Notes: generated from the letters alone by a model not told the origin. 57,970 nucleotides of DNA from Promethearchaeota archaeon (GCA_030603385.1 JAUVXW010000030.1:1-57970); one strand, 5' to 3'; counted from the stretch's first letter, positions 10,151 through 20,714 are shown. Made by a program: numbers and translations.

Positions 10151-11140
10151 CTAAGTAATGTAAGGATTAGTACTAACCGGAGCATAAATAATCGCATACG
10201 TAATTATTAAAAGCGTCAATAATGAACCACATAACACTAGATATATTTTTTTGTTCCATTTCCAAATATTTTGTCCATCTAAAATACCAATAGGGAGCAT
10301 ATTAAAAGTGCCTAGCATGAAGTTTAAATTCGCAGCTAGCCCTATTAACATGTTAAGTGGATAAGCGGGAATTACGAAGGAGATTCCGAAAAGTATTATT
10401 CCGTATACAAGATTAACTATAGGTCCAGCAGCTTTACACAAACCTGTAGTTCTATCTATTTTACTCAAACCCAAAACAACGACTGCTCCTGGTAAAGCTA
10501 ATGAAGGGAAGCTTGCTCCCCCCGATGTTAATGCATATATGTTAAATAAAACACCAAACACTGTTAACATCATTCCAAAAGTTAACAATCTAAATTTAGT
10601 TTGAAGATTAAAATGTTTTGCTACTTGCCTATGCCCAAGTTCGTGAAAGAAAAAAGCTGTGGCATAAAAACTCGCTAACATAAAAATGGCCCATTCATAC
10701 CCTGTATCGATTAAACTAGGATAGAATGTTAAGAGACCAATAATAAATATCAATGATACACCAACTACAAAATGAAATAATTCTGATTTGTGAGGTAACA
10801 AAATTCCTTTAAAATTAATTCCAGAATCTGGGTCAAATGCATTTACAGGAACTTGAGATTCCTGGCGATACCAAGTATACGTTCCATCTGTAGTCCCTCG
10901 AGTAACTCCTGGTGTACTTGGGGGCTGATATGTCTGGTCCTGAGATATAGACGCTACTTGAGGTTCCTGACTATAAGTTTGTGGTGTTGATATAGATTGT
11001 TGTAATCCTGAACTTTCTCTTATAATATTACAGTCGTGATTTTCTGGTTCTTTATGTCTTGCACAATAATCATACCCACATCTATCACAATAAAAGGGGT
11101 CTCCAATTAATTCATCCCCACAATGAGCACAATTTGCCAT
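10151..11140 (-). CDS. AN1-type zinc finger fused to site-2 protease (M50) domain
   Basis: CAHC..FYCDRC..YCARHKEPENHDC; HELGH, AAGPIVN, FNMLPIGILDG. Confidence 0.88.
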   Translation of the reverse strand: MANCAHCGDELIGDPFYCDRCGYDYCARHKEPENHDCNIIRESSGLQQSISTPQTYSQEPQVASISQDQTYQPPSTPGVTRGTTDGTYTWYRQESQVPVNAFDPDSGINFKGILLPHKSELFHFVVGVSLIFIIGLLTFYPSLIDTGYEWAIFMLASFYATAFFFHELGHRQVAKHFNLQTKFRLLTFGMMLTVFGVLFNIYALTSGGASFPSLALPGAVVVLGLSKIDRTTGLCKAAGPIVNLVYGIILFGISFVIPAYPLNMLIGLAANLNFMLGTFNMLPIGILDGQNIWKWNKKIYLVLCGSLLTLLIITYAIIYAPVSTNPYIT

Positions 11141-11348
11141 AAATACACCAAATTTAATTTTTAAAAAGAATTATTTTTTAATTAATTATTAAATTCCAGA
11201 TTTAAAATATTATTTAGAATATTCTCTTCTTCAACGATTTATATAGTTTAGATTTTTTTTCTATGGTTTTTTATTCATAACTTTGCTAAATTTTATTAAT
11301 GTGAAGTCTTCTATTTAGGTAGAGTTAAACAATTTTTAAGTGAGTGTT

Positions 11349-11504
11349 ATGAGTGAGGAAGAAAAAGAAGAGGAAGAACATTCAATAGATGAAGAACGAA
11401 AAAAGCTAGGTGAATTAGGTGTAGATAGTACTTGGGGTATATTGACAACTGGAGAGAAAAAAAAGAAAGAACCTGAAAAAAAACCCTTTAGAGGCTTTAA
11501 TTAA
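11349..11504 (+). CDS. Small hypothetical protein (51 aa)
   Basis: ATG..TAA ORF MSEEEKEEEEHSIDEERKKLGELGVDSTWGILTTGEKKKKEPEKKPFRGFN; purine-rich coding-like composition. Confidence 0.6.
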   Translation: MSEEEKEEEEHSIDEERKKLGELGVDSTWGILTTGEKKKKEPEKKPFRGFN

Positions 11505-11642
11505 CTTCTATAACTTCAATTTTTCACTTAGATATCATTTAATATAGATCATAGTTTTCTGGGATAATTAATATCAAAAAGTTTAATTCTTACTAAATAT
11601 ACTAATTTTACAATTTTAATTCAAATTCAGTAAATTTAAACA

Positions 11643-13226
11643 TTGTCTACCCCTGTCTCAATTCAGGATGGACCGTTTACAACTAATACCTTAGTTTCAA
11701 TAAAATTTGTTCTAATTCATATTTTAATTATTTGGGGTTCTGTCTTACCAATCCTAATAGAATTATACTTATTTTGGAAAATTGTGGAAGAGAATTTTAT
11801 ATTATTTTACTTTCTTTTACCTTTCCAATTTTGTATTTGTTTTCTAATATTAGTCATTTCCTCTACTCTTTTATCAAAATTACTATTACTTGTAATTAAA
11901 TTCATCCATAAACCAAAAGAAGGTGTTTTCAAAAAGGACAAAAAAGACAGAGATTACTATTTTTGGAGTTTAAGGGCAGTTATTAAGAAGTGGCCAATTT
12001 GGATCTCAAACTTAATTCCATCCTCATTAATCAAAAATCTGATGTTAAAAATATTGGGAATAACAACAGATTATTCTAATAAAATTTCTACTGGAAGTAT
12101 TGATGCTGAATTCATTGAATTAGGAAGAAATGTTAGTATAGGTCAGGGAAGTTCAATAAAATCAAGTATGATTCTAAGGGGACATTTAATTATCAAAAAA
12201 GTCATAATTGGAGATAATGTTATAATTGGCTCAAATTCATTTGTAGCTCCAGGTACTCACATAGGCTCCAATACTAGACTAGGAACAATGTCTGTAACTA
12301 AATTTAACCAGATACTAGATCCCAATTCTTCTTATCGTGGAAATCTTGCAGAAGAAATACATAATCCCCCAAGTGATTTAATGCAAATTTTTAATGATAT
12401 AGAATTGAAAGAGAATTCAAATACTTCTATAAATCCTGAAGATAAATTCGTTAAAAATTTAACCTATAATATAACTATCTTCGGAATTGTTTATTTTTTT
12501 TCCAACTTCATCCCTGTGTTAAGCATAATGTATTTCTGTAATGAATACTTTTTCCCGTTATATTTACACTCTCCTAATTTATTCCAAATTTTCGTAAAAA
12601 TTCAATCCTTATTAACATTTTTAATTACACCCCTATTCCTAATTTTTCTAATTTTGATCCATTTATTCACAGTTATACTTATCACTAAAATAACTTATAA
12701 TGCAATCCAACACAAAAATCCTGCTAAAGAAGGAATCTTTCACTGGAAGTATAAAAATCAGGATTTCAATAATTACTTTAAACGTTCTTTTATTTTAAGA
12801 TATGCAAAATGGAAAATACAAAGAAGCCCATTTCCTTGGTTAATAAAACCCGCTTTTAATTTCATAGGTAACTGTTATTTTGGGAAAAAAACTGTGATTG
12901 AAAATTCATATTTAGCAAAGGAGTTTTTACAAGTTGGGAAAAACTCATATATAGGAAAAGCATTACTTGCAAACCACCTATGGGATAAAAATCTAACCAT
13001 TAAAGGTATAATTATAGGAGATAATGTCAGTATTTCAGATAATTGTTGCATTGCGCCAGGAACAGAAATCGAGAATGATGTAACGTTATTACCTCTATCT
13101 GTTACCTCAAAATGCGACAAATTAACCTCTAATTCAGTTTATAATCATTCTCCCTTAAAAAAAATTTCAGAGGAAGAGTTAATTCAAATAATTAATTATG
13201 AAATTGGTGATAATCGTGGCGATTAA
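11643..13226 (+). CDS. Membrane-anchored hexapeptide-repeat (left-handed beta-helix) acyltransferase-like protein, two repeat units
   Basis: TM segments + P(K/A)KEG(V/I)F + IGDNVxI hexapeptide repeats, present twice. Confidence 0.8.
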   Translation: MSTPVSIQDGPFTTNTLVSIKFVLIHILIIWGSVLPILIELYLFWKIVEENFILFYFLLPFQFCICFLILVISSTLLSKLLLLVIKFIHKPKEGVFKKDKKDRDYYFWSLRAVIKKWPIWISNLIPSSLIKNLMLKILGITTDYSNKISTGSIDAEFIELGRNVSIGQGSSIKSSMILRGHLIIKKVIIGDNVIIGSNSFVAPGTHIGSNTRLGTMSVTKFNQILDPNSSYRGNLAEEIHNPPSDLMQIFNDIELKENSNTSINPEDKFVKNLTYNITIFGIVYFFSNFIPVLSIMYFCNEYFFPLYLHSPNLFQIFVKIQSLLTFLITPLFLIFLILIHLFTVILITKITYNAIQHKNPAKEGIFHWKYKNQDFNNYFKRSFILRYAKWKIQRSPFPWLIKPAFNFIGNCYFGKKTVIENSYLAKEFLQVGKNSYIGKALLANHLWDKNLTIKGIIIGDNVSISDNCCIAPGTEIENDVTLLPLSVTSKCDKLTSNSVYNHSPLKKISEEELIQIINYEIGDNRGD

Positions 13227-13959
13227 CGATATAATTGTAACAAACAATGTTGTGTTCCCTAATAGGTTTGTATGGCTACATCTTATCTTAATTTGGCTTT
13301 CGATTTTCCCAACAAGTCTTTTCTTTACGCTTTTTTTCAATTTATTTTCATTATGGATACCTACGATAGTAATAATTTGTTTTCTACCTCTTTCAATTGT
13401 TCTCTATTATGGGCTCTTTATCTTATTTCTTCTATTTTTTTCGAAATCATATTTAATTATTATAAACTTAATTCATCAGCCAAAAGAAGGAATATTTGAA
13501 AGATCTTTGAATGATAAAGACTTTCTTTTCTTTGTTTTAAGAAGAAATTTGAAAAGATTCATTTTAAAAATATATAATTACTTTCCTTTACCGTGGGCGA
13601 AATTACTAGCCCTAAAAATATTAGATATAAAAATTCCCTATAATACCGGAGTATTAGATAGCTATATTGATTCAGATTTCGTAGAAATAGGTAATAATGT
13701 TATTCTTGGTGAAGGGTCAATAATAATGAGTTCTATGATTGTAGGAAATTTATTCCTAATAAAAAGAGTAATACTCAAAGATGGATGTACTATAGGTGCA
13801 TTTAGTGTAATTTCTCCAGGAACAGTAGTCGAAGAAGGAGCCATTCTGGGAATGGGAAGCTATACCAAAGTTAACCAATGTCTTAAACAAAATTCCATTC
13901 ATATTGGAAGACCCGCGAAGAGATGGAAAAATATACAAAATATGGAGAACAAAAAATAA
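13198..13959 (+). CDS. Membrane-anchored hexapeptide-repeat acyltransferase-like protein, single unit
   Basis: Paralogous to the upstream gene (PKEGIF, IGNNVILG, GRPAK). Confidence 0.8.
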   Translation: MKLVIIVAINDIIVTNNVVFPNRFVWLHLILIWLSIFPTSLFFTLFFNLFSLWIPTIVIICFLPLSIVLYYGLFILFLLFFSKSYLIIINLIHQPKEGIFERSLNDKDFLFFVLRRNLKRFILKIYNYFPLPWAKLLALKILDIKIPYNTGVLDSYIDSDFVEIGNNVILGEGSIIMSSMIVGNLFLIKRVILKDGCTIGAFSVISPGTVVEEGAILGMGSYTKVNQCLKQNSIHIGRPAKRWKNIQNMENKK

Positions 13960-14013
13960 TTAAATTTCTATATATATTATAAAATATTAAAAACATAATT
14001 AGGATATTAGTGA

Positions 14014-14250
14014 CTTACCACGAAAAAAGGTAAAAGGACCGCTTTTTGTCCAACATGTGAACGTGAAGTGGTATTGGGGCGAAAGACGTTCGACCATATT
14101 TATCACGAGATTCTTTGCTTCCTTGTCATCCTAACTATAGGTTTGGGCTTTATCATTTACTTTATTTTGAAATACAGTAAAAAGCCAAACACTTGTCCTA
14201 ATTGTGAATCAGAATTTGACTTAAAAACACTTAAACCTATAACAAGTTGA
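14014..14250 (+). CDS. Small LITAF-like zinc-ribbon membrane protein
   Basis: The frame upstream of 14068 encodes AFCPTC, then a hydrophobic stretch and TCPNC. Start uncertain (no ATG/GTG/TTG before the first CxxC). Confidence 0.65.
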   Translation, partial: LTTKKGKRTAFCPTCEREVVLGRKTFDHIYHEILCFLVILTIGLGFIIYFILKYSKKPNTCPNCESEFDLKTLKPITS

Positions 14251-14415
14251 ATATTTCCTAAAAAGCAAACTAAATTTATCATTTAGTTCTTAATGTAAGA
14301 AGAACATTTTTAAGTAATCTTCTTGCCCAGAAATAGTTAATTCATTTACTCACTCATTTATTTTATCAAACAACAAAAATTAAGATTTTACTTTTTTTCT
14401 TTATGTTTTTTTTTT

Positions 14416-14565
14416 TATCACGAACTATCCTGTTTTATGGTAATTCTTACTGTAGGCCTTGGTTTTATCATTTACTTTAATTTGAAATATTCTAAAAAGC
14501 CTAATACATGTCCAAATTCTGAGTCTGAATTTGATTTAAAAACTCTTACCTTGAAAACAAGTTAA
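14416..14565 (+). pseudogene. Truncated duplicate of the LITAF-like gene
   Basis: Reads YHELSCFMVILTVGLGFIIYFNLKYSKKPNTCPNSESEFDLKTLTLKTS*. Lacks the N-terminal CxxC, and CPNC has become CPNS. Confidence 0.8.
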
Positions 14566-14593
14566 AAGGTTCAATGAAAAAAAATAAGATCAT

Positions 14594-14860
14594 TTAGGTC
14601 TTTTTAACCTTCATCTCCTTATTACATCTAGGGCAAATCTTATCTTTTTCTTTAAGCTGTTTTTTCATAATTGTTTTTTGATACTTACATTTTGCGTTAG
14701 GGCACACAAGAACGTATTTTACAAGTTGTGTTGGTGGACTTTTAAATGTACTTAATTTTTCACTTTCTCTCTTACTTTTTTTAGCTTCGGTTAAAACAGC
14801 TTTTTTTTTTTCTTCCCTTTCTACTTCCTCTTCAGTTTTAAGCCACTTGTCTAAGCCCAC
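14594..14860 (-). CDS. Small zinc-ribbon protein
   Basis: CPNAKC ... CPRC at the C-terminus. Confidence 0.7.
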   Translation of the reverse strand: MGLDKWLKTEEEVEREEKKKAVLTEAKKSKRESEKLSTFKSPPTQLVKYVLVCPNAKCKYQKTIMKKQLKEKDKICPRCNKEMKVKKT

Positions 14861-14962
14861 TTGATACTCACTTTTTAAATATCTTTTTTCATAAATAAGA
14901 AAGAAACTCTAATATATAAAAAAAGAGAAAAAAATAAAAATTTGTTTATCAATGTTAAGTTG

Positions 14963-16207
14963 TTAAAACACTTGAACCTTACCTGCGATAAGTCTCTTTC
15001 TTAAATCAATAAAACTTTCTTTACTGAGTTTTTCTGCCAAGACTTGTTCTGCTATTTTCTTTACTGAATCGAAGTTTACATTATCAGCAGGAATTAATTC
15101 TATAGAAGAAATCCAAGGATCTGTTATCTTTCGACCTATCTGAGAAAGTAATTTTACGTGCGCTTCTACTATATCCCCTTGACCTCGATTAACAATTTCT
15201 CTTGCCATTTCTGTACTGAGTACATTGTATAATTTTCCAACATGATTGATTGGATTTTTTCCACAAACGGCTTCCAAACTCATTGTTCTACAAGGAGTTA
15301 TAAGGCCATTAGATCGATTTCCACGGCCTACCCCTCCATCATCTCCAGCTTCAGCACTAGTCCCGGTAATCGTAAGATAGGTAATCCCTTTTTCTATATT
15401 ATCTGCTACGTTTACTTGACAAGTCACATCACGCTCAGGGATGATATCTGCCGCAAGATCCAATACAGCATCTCTTATTTGATTTGTATAGCTAACATAT
15501 TCACTAGCATCATTTATATACTTACTGACCATAGCTGCAGCAACTGTTATCCCAACTTCATTTCCGATTCTCTCAACCATAACCTTGATGTCTTCACCTG
15601 AAGCTTTACATTTTTTCTTGAATTTATCTGAATTTATCAATCTCTCTGCTTCTAACGTAATTTTTTCTACATCTGAATAAGGAGCATATCCCACACCGAA
15701 ACTGGTATCATTCGCAAGTGGAACTTCTTCAGTATGATGAGATTCATCAAAAACCCCTGTTAAATCTATTGATCCTGGCCGCACAGCATAATCAAACTGG
15801 ATATCTCTGTTTAAATCGAGGTTTCTAAAAATCTCAGAAAGTACTTTACGCTGAGTTTCTATACAAATAGTTGGGATAGGAATATGTTCAAGCTTGCTCT
15901 TACCATCTCCACATTCTATAAGGATCTGATTTATCGCTCGTCCAACAATTAGAAAATATTGTGGTTGAATAATTAGACCTCCACCATATTCGGGCTTTGC
16001 GGTACCTCCAACAAGAGCAGCCTTATCGACATTGTGGTGGTATACTCGGTCGAAATTTTCGAGGTAATAAACACACAAGGCTCTAGAACAAGCATCAGCA
16101 ACAGCATCGCAGACAGTATCAGGATGTCCAATCCCTTTCCTTTCTACGAGTTCTGGGAATTCACTTTTTTCAATAGGTAAAAAGTTAGCACGAGTAATTT
16201 TTAACAT
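14963..16207 (-). CDS. mat: S-adenosylmethionine synthetase (archaeal type)
   Basis: [46 protein letters not shown]. Confidence 0.95.
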   Translation of the reverse strand: MLKITRANFLPIEKSEFPELVERKGIGHPDTVCDAVADACSRALCVYYLENFDRVYHHNVDKAALVGGTAKPEYGGGLIIQPQYFLIVGRAINQILIECGDGKSKLEHIPIPTICIETQRKVLSEIFRNLDLNRDIQFDYAVRPGSIDLTGVFDESHHTEEVPLANDTSFGVGYAPYSDVEKITLEAERLINSDKFKKKCKASGEDIKVMVERIGNEVGITVAAAMVSKYINDASEYVSYTNQIRDAVLDLAADIIPERDVTCQVNVADNIEKGITYLTITGTSAEAGDDGGVGRGNRSNGLITPCRTMSLEAVCGKNPINHVGKLYNVLSTEMAREIVNRGQGDIVEAHVKLLSQIGRKITDPWISSIELIPADNVNFDSVKKIAEQVLAEKLSKESFIDLRKRLIAGKVQVF

Positions 16208-16399
16208 TTCATTTAACCAACTTCTTAATGATATAAATAGTTCTTTTAAGTATGTTTTTAAATTATTTATCCGTTAAATTCCTTATTAAATGAAAAATGC
16301 ATTTCTTTCATTTATTATGTATGATTAATTCATAACTTTTATAAATATTTTGTTCTTATAATATGCACAACCCGCATAATTTTTTATCATAATCTAAAA

Positions 16400-16972
16400 A
16401 TGCAAAGATTACCCTTATTAAGCGAAATTAAACGTTTACGAAAGAAATTGGATATTAGCCAGAAAAAATTGGGAGAAGAATTAGATATACCTCAATCCAC
16501 GATTTCACGTATCGAAAATGAATCAATTGATCCCCCATATTCTAAGGTTAAAAAGATATTTGAATATTTAGAGAGTGAACGTTTGGCTCGTAAAAAATCT
16601 AAGAAACACGCTAAGGACATAATGACTCATCAAATTATTTCTATCAAGCCTAGTTCATCAATAAGAGATGCTGTAGAGTTAATGAATGAATATGGCTATT
16701 CACAACTCCCATTGTTAGAAAATCAACAAAATTATGGAAGTATTACATCAAAAAAAATTCAAAAATGCATAACTGATAATCCTGAAATCCTCGGTGCAGA
16801 TGTTTTACTTATAAAGGAATTACCTTTTCCCGAAGTTGATGAGATTTGGAATGTAAAAGATATTTCTGATTTACTTATAAGATATTCTGCTGTTTTAGTA
16901 AAAGATAATCAACATAACTTTGTTGGAATAATAACTGATGCTGATTTTCTTAAACTCACTCATAACTATTGA
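16400..16972 (+). CDS. XRE-family HTH regulator with CBS domain pair
   Basis: RKKLDISQKKLG...QSTISRIE; CBS motifs YSQLP, VGIITDAD. Confidence 0.9.
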   Translation: MQRLPLLSEIKRLRKKLDISQKKLGEELDIPQSTISRIENESIDPPYSKVKKIFEYLESERLARKKSKKHAKDIMTHQIISIKPSSSIRDAVELMNEYGYSQLPLLENQQNYGSITSKKIQKCITDNPEILGADVLLIKELPFPEVDEIWNVKDISDLLIRYSAVLVKDNQHNFVGIITDADFLKLTHNY

Positions 16973-17082
16973 AAAACAAAATAATTCTTATTGATAATTT
17001 CTGAAAATAGAAATAAATTAAATAGGTTTTAATACATTATCATCACAAAAAAAGATTTAATTATAACATAACATTTAAGTAA

Positions 17083-18093
17083 TTGGATTTAATGACGAGT
17101 ACTGTTATTGAACAAATTAACAATTTGCTGAAAAAGGCTAATTATGAAACCTTCTTGTTAGGAAGTTTTGCAACTACAAAGAGTAAGTTTTGTTTTGATT
17201 TAATAGTAAAGAAAGATGACCAAATTTTTAGTGTAAAGGTATTTCCCAATATTGACAATTTGAATCCAGACTTAATCAGTGATATTAAATCTTTATCTTT
17301 AATCTTAAAGTCTAAACCATTGTTAATAGGAATTAAGAATAGGTACCAGAAATTAGAAGATAACACAATATATGTAAGAAACGGGTTACCATTTATAACA
17401 TTAAAAACACTTGAGAAAATCCTTACATATAATATATACCCCTATATTTTAGCAAGGAGAGGTGGGGGAGTAGTGTTTTTAGACGGAAATTTAATGAAAG
17501 AAATAAGAGAACAGCACTCAATAACGAGAAAAGAATTATCAGAAAAGTTAGGCATAACTAAACGGACTGTTAGTTCATATGAAAATGAGAGTATGCGTCC
17601 TTCAGAAGAAATGGCTCAGAAAATTTTAAATATTTTAGAGGATAGTGAAATATTCAAAAAGATTAACATTTTCAAATGGAATATTAAGTATGATATGGAA
17701 GATAAGGAAATATTTGAAGGAATAGAATTGAGTGAATTTGAATCTCATGTTGAAAATATAATAAAAGATATTGGGCTTTCTTCTTATTGGTATAAAAAAG
17801 GATCTATTCCTTTCAAATTATCATTATTTTCTTCAATTGATAAAATTGAAAGCAGGGGCTTTTACCCTCTTTTTTCCGCCCTCTCCGAGGAACAAGGTAA
17901 AGTCAATGAGATAAATTATAATTGTTTGAAGATGTTTAATGACTTATTTCATAAAACTGCGCTTTATATCATCGATAATAACGTAAAAATTCCAGGAACC
18001 ATAAAAGGAAAAGATATTCATATTGTAAAAATAAAGAATTTAGAAGAAGTTGATGATGAGGAAGAATTCATTGAACTCATCCAAGACTCTTGA
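17083..18093 (+). CDS. Conserved archaeal HTH transcriptional regulator (COG1395-like)
   Basis: CFDL..., NIDNL, ARRGG, central HTH ITKRTVSSYENE. Confidence 0.8.
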   Translation: MDLMTSTVIEQINNLLKKANYETFLLGSFATTKSKFCFDLIVKKDDQIFSVKVFPNIDNLNPDLISDIKSLSLILKSKPLLIGIKNRYQKLEDNTIYVRNGLPFITLKTLEKILTYNIYPYILARRGGGVVFLDGNLMKEIREQHSITRKELSEKLGITKRTVSSYENESMRPSEEMAQKILNILEDSEIFKKINIFKWNIKYDMEDKEIFEGIELSEFESHVENIIKDIGLSSYWYKKGSIPFKLSLFSSIDKIESRGFYPLFSALSEEQGKVNEINYNCLKMFNDLFHKTALYIIDNNVKIPGTIKGKDIHIVKIKNLEEVDDEEEFIELIQDS

Positions 18094-18796
18094 GGAGAAA
18101 TCAGAATTGATTTGTGGTATAGACGAGGCTGGTAGAATATAATTCATTTCGAATTCTGTACCAAAAGGTCCCGTTCTTGGTCCTCTTGTTTTGTGTGGTG
18201 TTTGTTTTAAAAAAGATCAACTATCATATTTAGTTGAAATAGGTGTAAAAGATTCTAAGAAATTAAGTGCTAAAAGAAGGAGTACACTAGCAAAACTAAT
18301 TAAGGATAAGTGTCATTCTTTTAAAATTCTTATAGTTCCTCCAGCAGAAATTGATCAAAGGGAAGAAAAAAGAATTACATTGAATAAATTAGAAGAATTA
18401 AAAATGGCTGAAATTATTAGAGAATTAAAACCTAGCTCAATATATATTGACGCCGTCGATGTAAATGAAGATAGATTTAGAGATTCAATACTAAATCTTT
18501 TAGATTATAGTCCAGAAGAAATCATTTCAAAACACAAGGCTGATGATCTATTTCCCATAGTATCAGCGGCCTCAATCATTGCCAAGGATAAAAGAGACAC
18601 CTTAATTGAGGAAATGAAGGAAAAATATGGAGATTTTGGTTCGGGATATCCTTCGGATAAAAGAACTATTGATTTCCTTCGAAAATGGATAAAGAAGAAT
18701 AAAAAGATACCACATTTCGCTAGAAAATCATGGGCTACAACAAAAAAAATATTAGAAGAAGAACTATCTAACAGAAAAATAACTGATTTTTTCTGA
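18071..18796 (+). CDS. rnhB: Ribonuclease HII, interrupted by a 30-nt BHB intron (join 18071..18135, 18166..18796)
   Basis: LICGIDEAGR | GPVLGPLVLCGV is split by a 30-nt insert with in-frame TAA. GVKDSKKL, KADD..VSAASIIAK, GSGYPSD motifs. Start is TTG 18071 or 18107. Confidence 0.92.
18136..18165 (+). other. Putative BHB intron in rnhB mRNA (30 nt)
   Basis: Central helix TGGT/ACCA, 3-nt bulges AGA and AAA, internal stem ATATAATTC/GAATTCTGT. Confidence 0.85.
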
Positions 18797-18798
18797 TT

Positions 18799-19491
18799 TC
18801 ACTTTCTTTTAACTATTAAGACTATATGATTAGCAGCATATTTATGTATGTTTATACTTTCAAGGATATTATATCCTGCCTTTTCAAGAACTTTCTTTTC
18901 TTGAGCATACACAACTTCAGATTTTTGGATACTATCGATAGATTGAGACTTAATCGCGATAATTAATAATCCATTCTCTTTGAGATAATAATTACAATTA
19001 GTTAATGCGATTTCTGCTTGATTTGGTTGAGAAACATCTTGATAAATAAGGTCTATACTAGAAAAAATTGATTTAGCATAGTTTTGTGGATATCGAGCAT
19101 CATCTAATATCGGAATAATATTTTTTCTTCTTGATGTATTTTGTATTAGCTGTCTAATACTTCTTTCAGCAAATTCAACAGAATATATCACACCTGATTT
19201 TGCAATATCAGAAAGATGAGAAACGGTGGTACCAGATGATGCTCCCAAATACAAGCAATTTATATCTTCTGATAAAAAATTACTTATAGGTCTTTCCAAC
19301 AATAATGCTGCTAGCTTACTTCTATAAGGATCCCATTCTCTATACTCAATTCCTTTGTATAATACTAATTTCTCTCCATAAAATCTATTTCCTTTATCTA
19401 AATTTCTTGTATAAAGTTTAAGCTTACCCTTAGGCCCAGATATAAATACATTAAAAAATTTTGGATGATTTCTTATTTCAATCTTAGACAT
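18799..19491 (-). CDS. flpA: Fibrillarin-like rRNA/tRNA 2'-O-methyltransferase
   Basis: YREWDPYRSKLAA, LYLGASSGTTVSHLSD, DARYP, YQDVSQPNQ. Confidence 0.95.
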   Translation of the reverse strand: MSKIEIRNHPKFFNVFISGPKGKLKLYTRNLDKGNRFYGEKLVLYKGIEYREWDPYRSKLAALLLERPISNFLSEDINCLYLGASSGTTVSHLSDIAKSGVIYSVEFAERSIRQLIQNTSRRKNIIPILDDARYPQNYAKSIFSSIDLIYQDVSQPNQAEIALTNCNYYLKENGLLIIAIKSQSIDSIQKSEVVYAQEKKVLEKAGYNILESINIHKYAANHIVLIVKRK

Positions 19492-19508
19492 ATTTTAATT
19501 GAATTTCC

Positions 19509-20714
19509 TCATCTTTTCTTTTTAGGTTTTTTTTTTTTATTTTTTACAGGTTCTGTCTTTTTAGGTGGATTTGGATATTTTTCTTTAATTTCTTTAATTT
19601 TATTTTCAATCTCAATTGCCAATTTCTCTCCAATAAATTCACCAGAAAAATAATCAACTTTAGCCGATAATCCTATTTTCCCTGCGACTACTCTTGCGAT
19701 TTTACCTCTATGATAATATTTACTTCCCCTAATTTGATTCCATTGAAATATCAAGCCATGTTTTGGTCTTTTTTCTCCAGTTTTAAGAAAACGATAAAGT
19801 GCTTTTTCAGCTCCCAATAATTGAATTCTAGACGAGGGCATAAAAGCCAACTTTTTCAAACTACCTGCTTTTGCAATAAGTTTAGCACCTATTAATGATC
19901 CAATTATCGCATTTATATTAGGCGCAGATTTTTCCATTAGATCTGTTAAATAGTCTTCTAATCCTTGACGATATGAATCTAAAGAAACAATTTGGCTCGC
20001 ATAATCTTGAACTATTTTCAAATCAAAATTAGCTCCCATAGAGTCTGAAGCATATTTCTGTAAAATATTGATTTTATTTTCTGTGAATTCAAAATTGTTT
20101 TTAAGATTTTCATAAGTAAATTTCTCTCTTGCTCCTAAAAAAGAAACAATTTTAGCCAAAAGGATATTGTCCTCAACTATTTTATCAGTTAATTCAGGGA
20201 AGTGTAACCCATACCATTCTCTAAGATGACTAGAAAATAAGCTAATTGATTTCTTGATCACATCTAGTGTATTGATGATCTGAATTATCATGTTATCAGA
20301 ATGTCCACTCGCCTGGCTTACCTTTTTCTTGGTTAATACTTCGCTTATCTCTTTGTACTGTGCGAGAATCTCATCTTTCGATTTATTTATACCAACTTTT
20401 TTTAATTGGGTTTCCAAATTTAAACGAAAATTTTTAAGTTCGAGTGAAAAACCCTCAAAAATCGCTTTATATCCTAATATTTGTGATGTTAATGTTTGTA
20501 ATTCCTTGTTATCAAATATAAATTCATCAAAACCAGAATTTTTCAATTCTAATAAAAAATTTTCATATATACTCTGAATAATACCATTATCAATAGCATC
20601 ATAAAACTGAATTATTTTTTGTTTTTGATCATCAAAATCAATAAAATTTAGAATATTTCCAGTTTCATCAAATGCAAAAATTCCAACTAAAGTATCTGCA
20701 ATATATGATTTCAT
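19509..20714 (-). CDS. nop5: C/D box sRNP protein Nop5 (Nop56/58)
   Basis: REWYGLHFPEL, IQLLGAEKALYR, PKHGLIFQ; adjacent to fibrillarin. Confidence 0.95.
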   Translation of the reverse strand: MKSYIADTLVGIFAFDETGNILNFIDFDDQKQKIIQFYDAIDNGIIQSIYENFLLELKNSGFDEFIFDNKELQTLTSQILGYKAIFEGFSLELKNFRLNLETQLKKVGINKSKDEILAQYKEISEVLTKKKVSQASGHSDNMIIQIINTLDVIKKSISLFSSHLREWYGLHFPELTDKIVEDNILLAKIVSFLGAREKFTYENLKNNFEFTENKINILQKYASDSMGANFDLKIVQDYASQIVSLDSYRQGLEDYLTDLMEKSAPNINAIIGSLIGAKLIAKAGSLKKLAFMPSSRIQLLGAEKALYRFLKTGEKRPKHGLIFQWNQIRGSKYYHRGKIARVVAGKIGLSAKVDYFSGEFIGEKLAIEIENKIKEIKEKYPNPPKKTEPVKNKKKKPKKKR

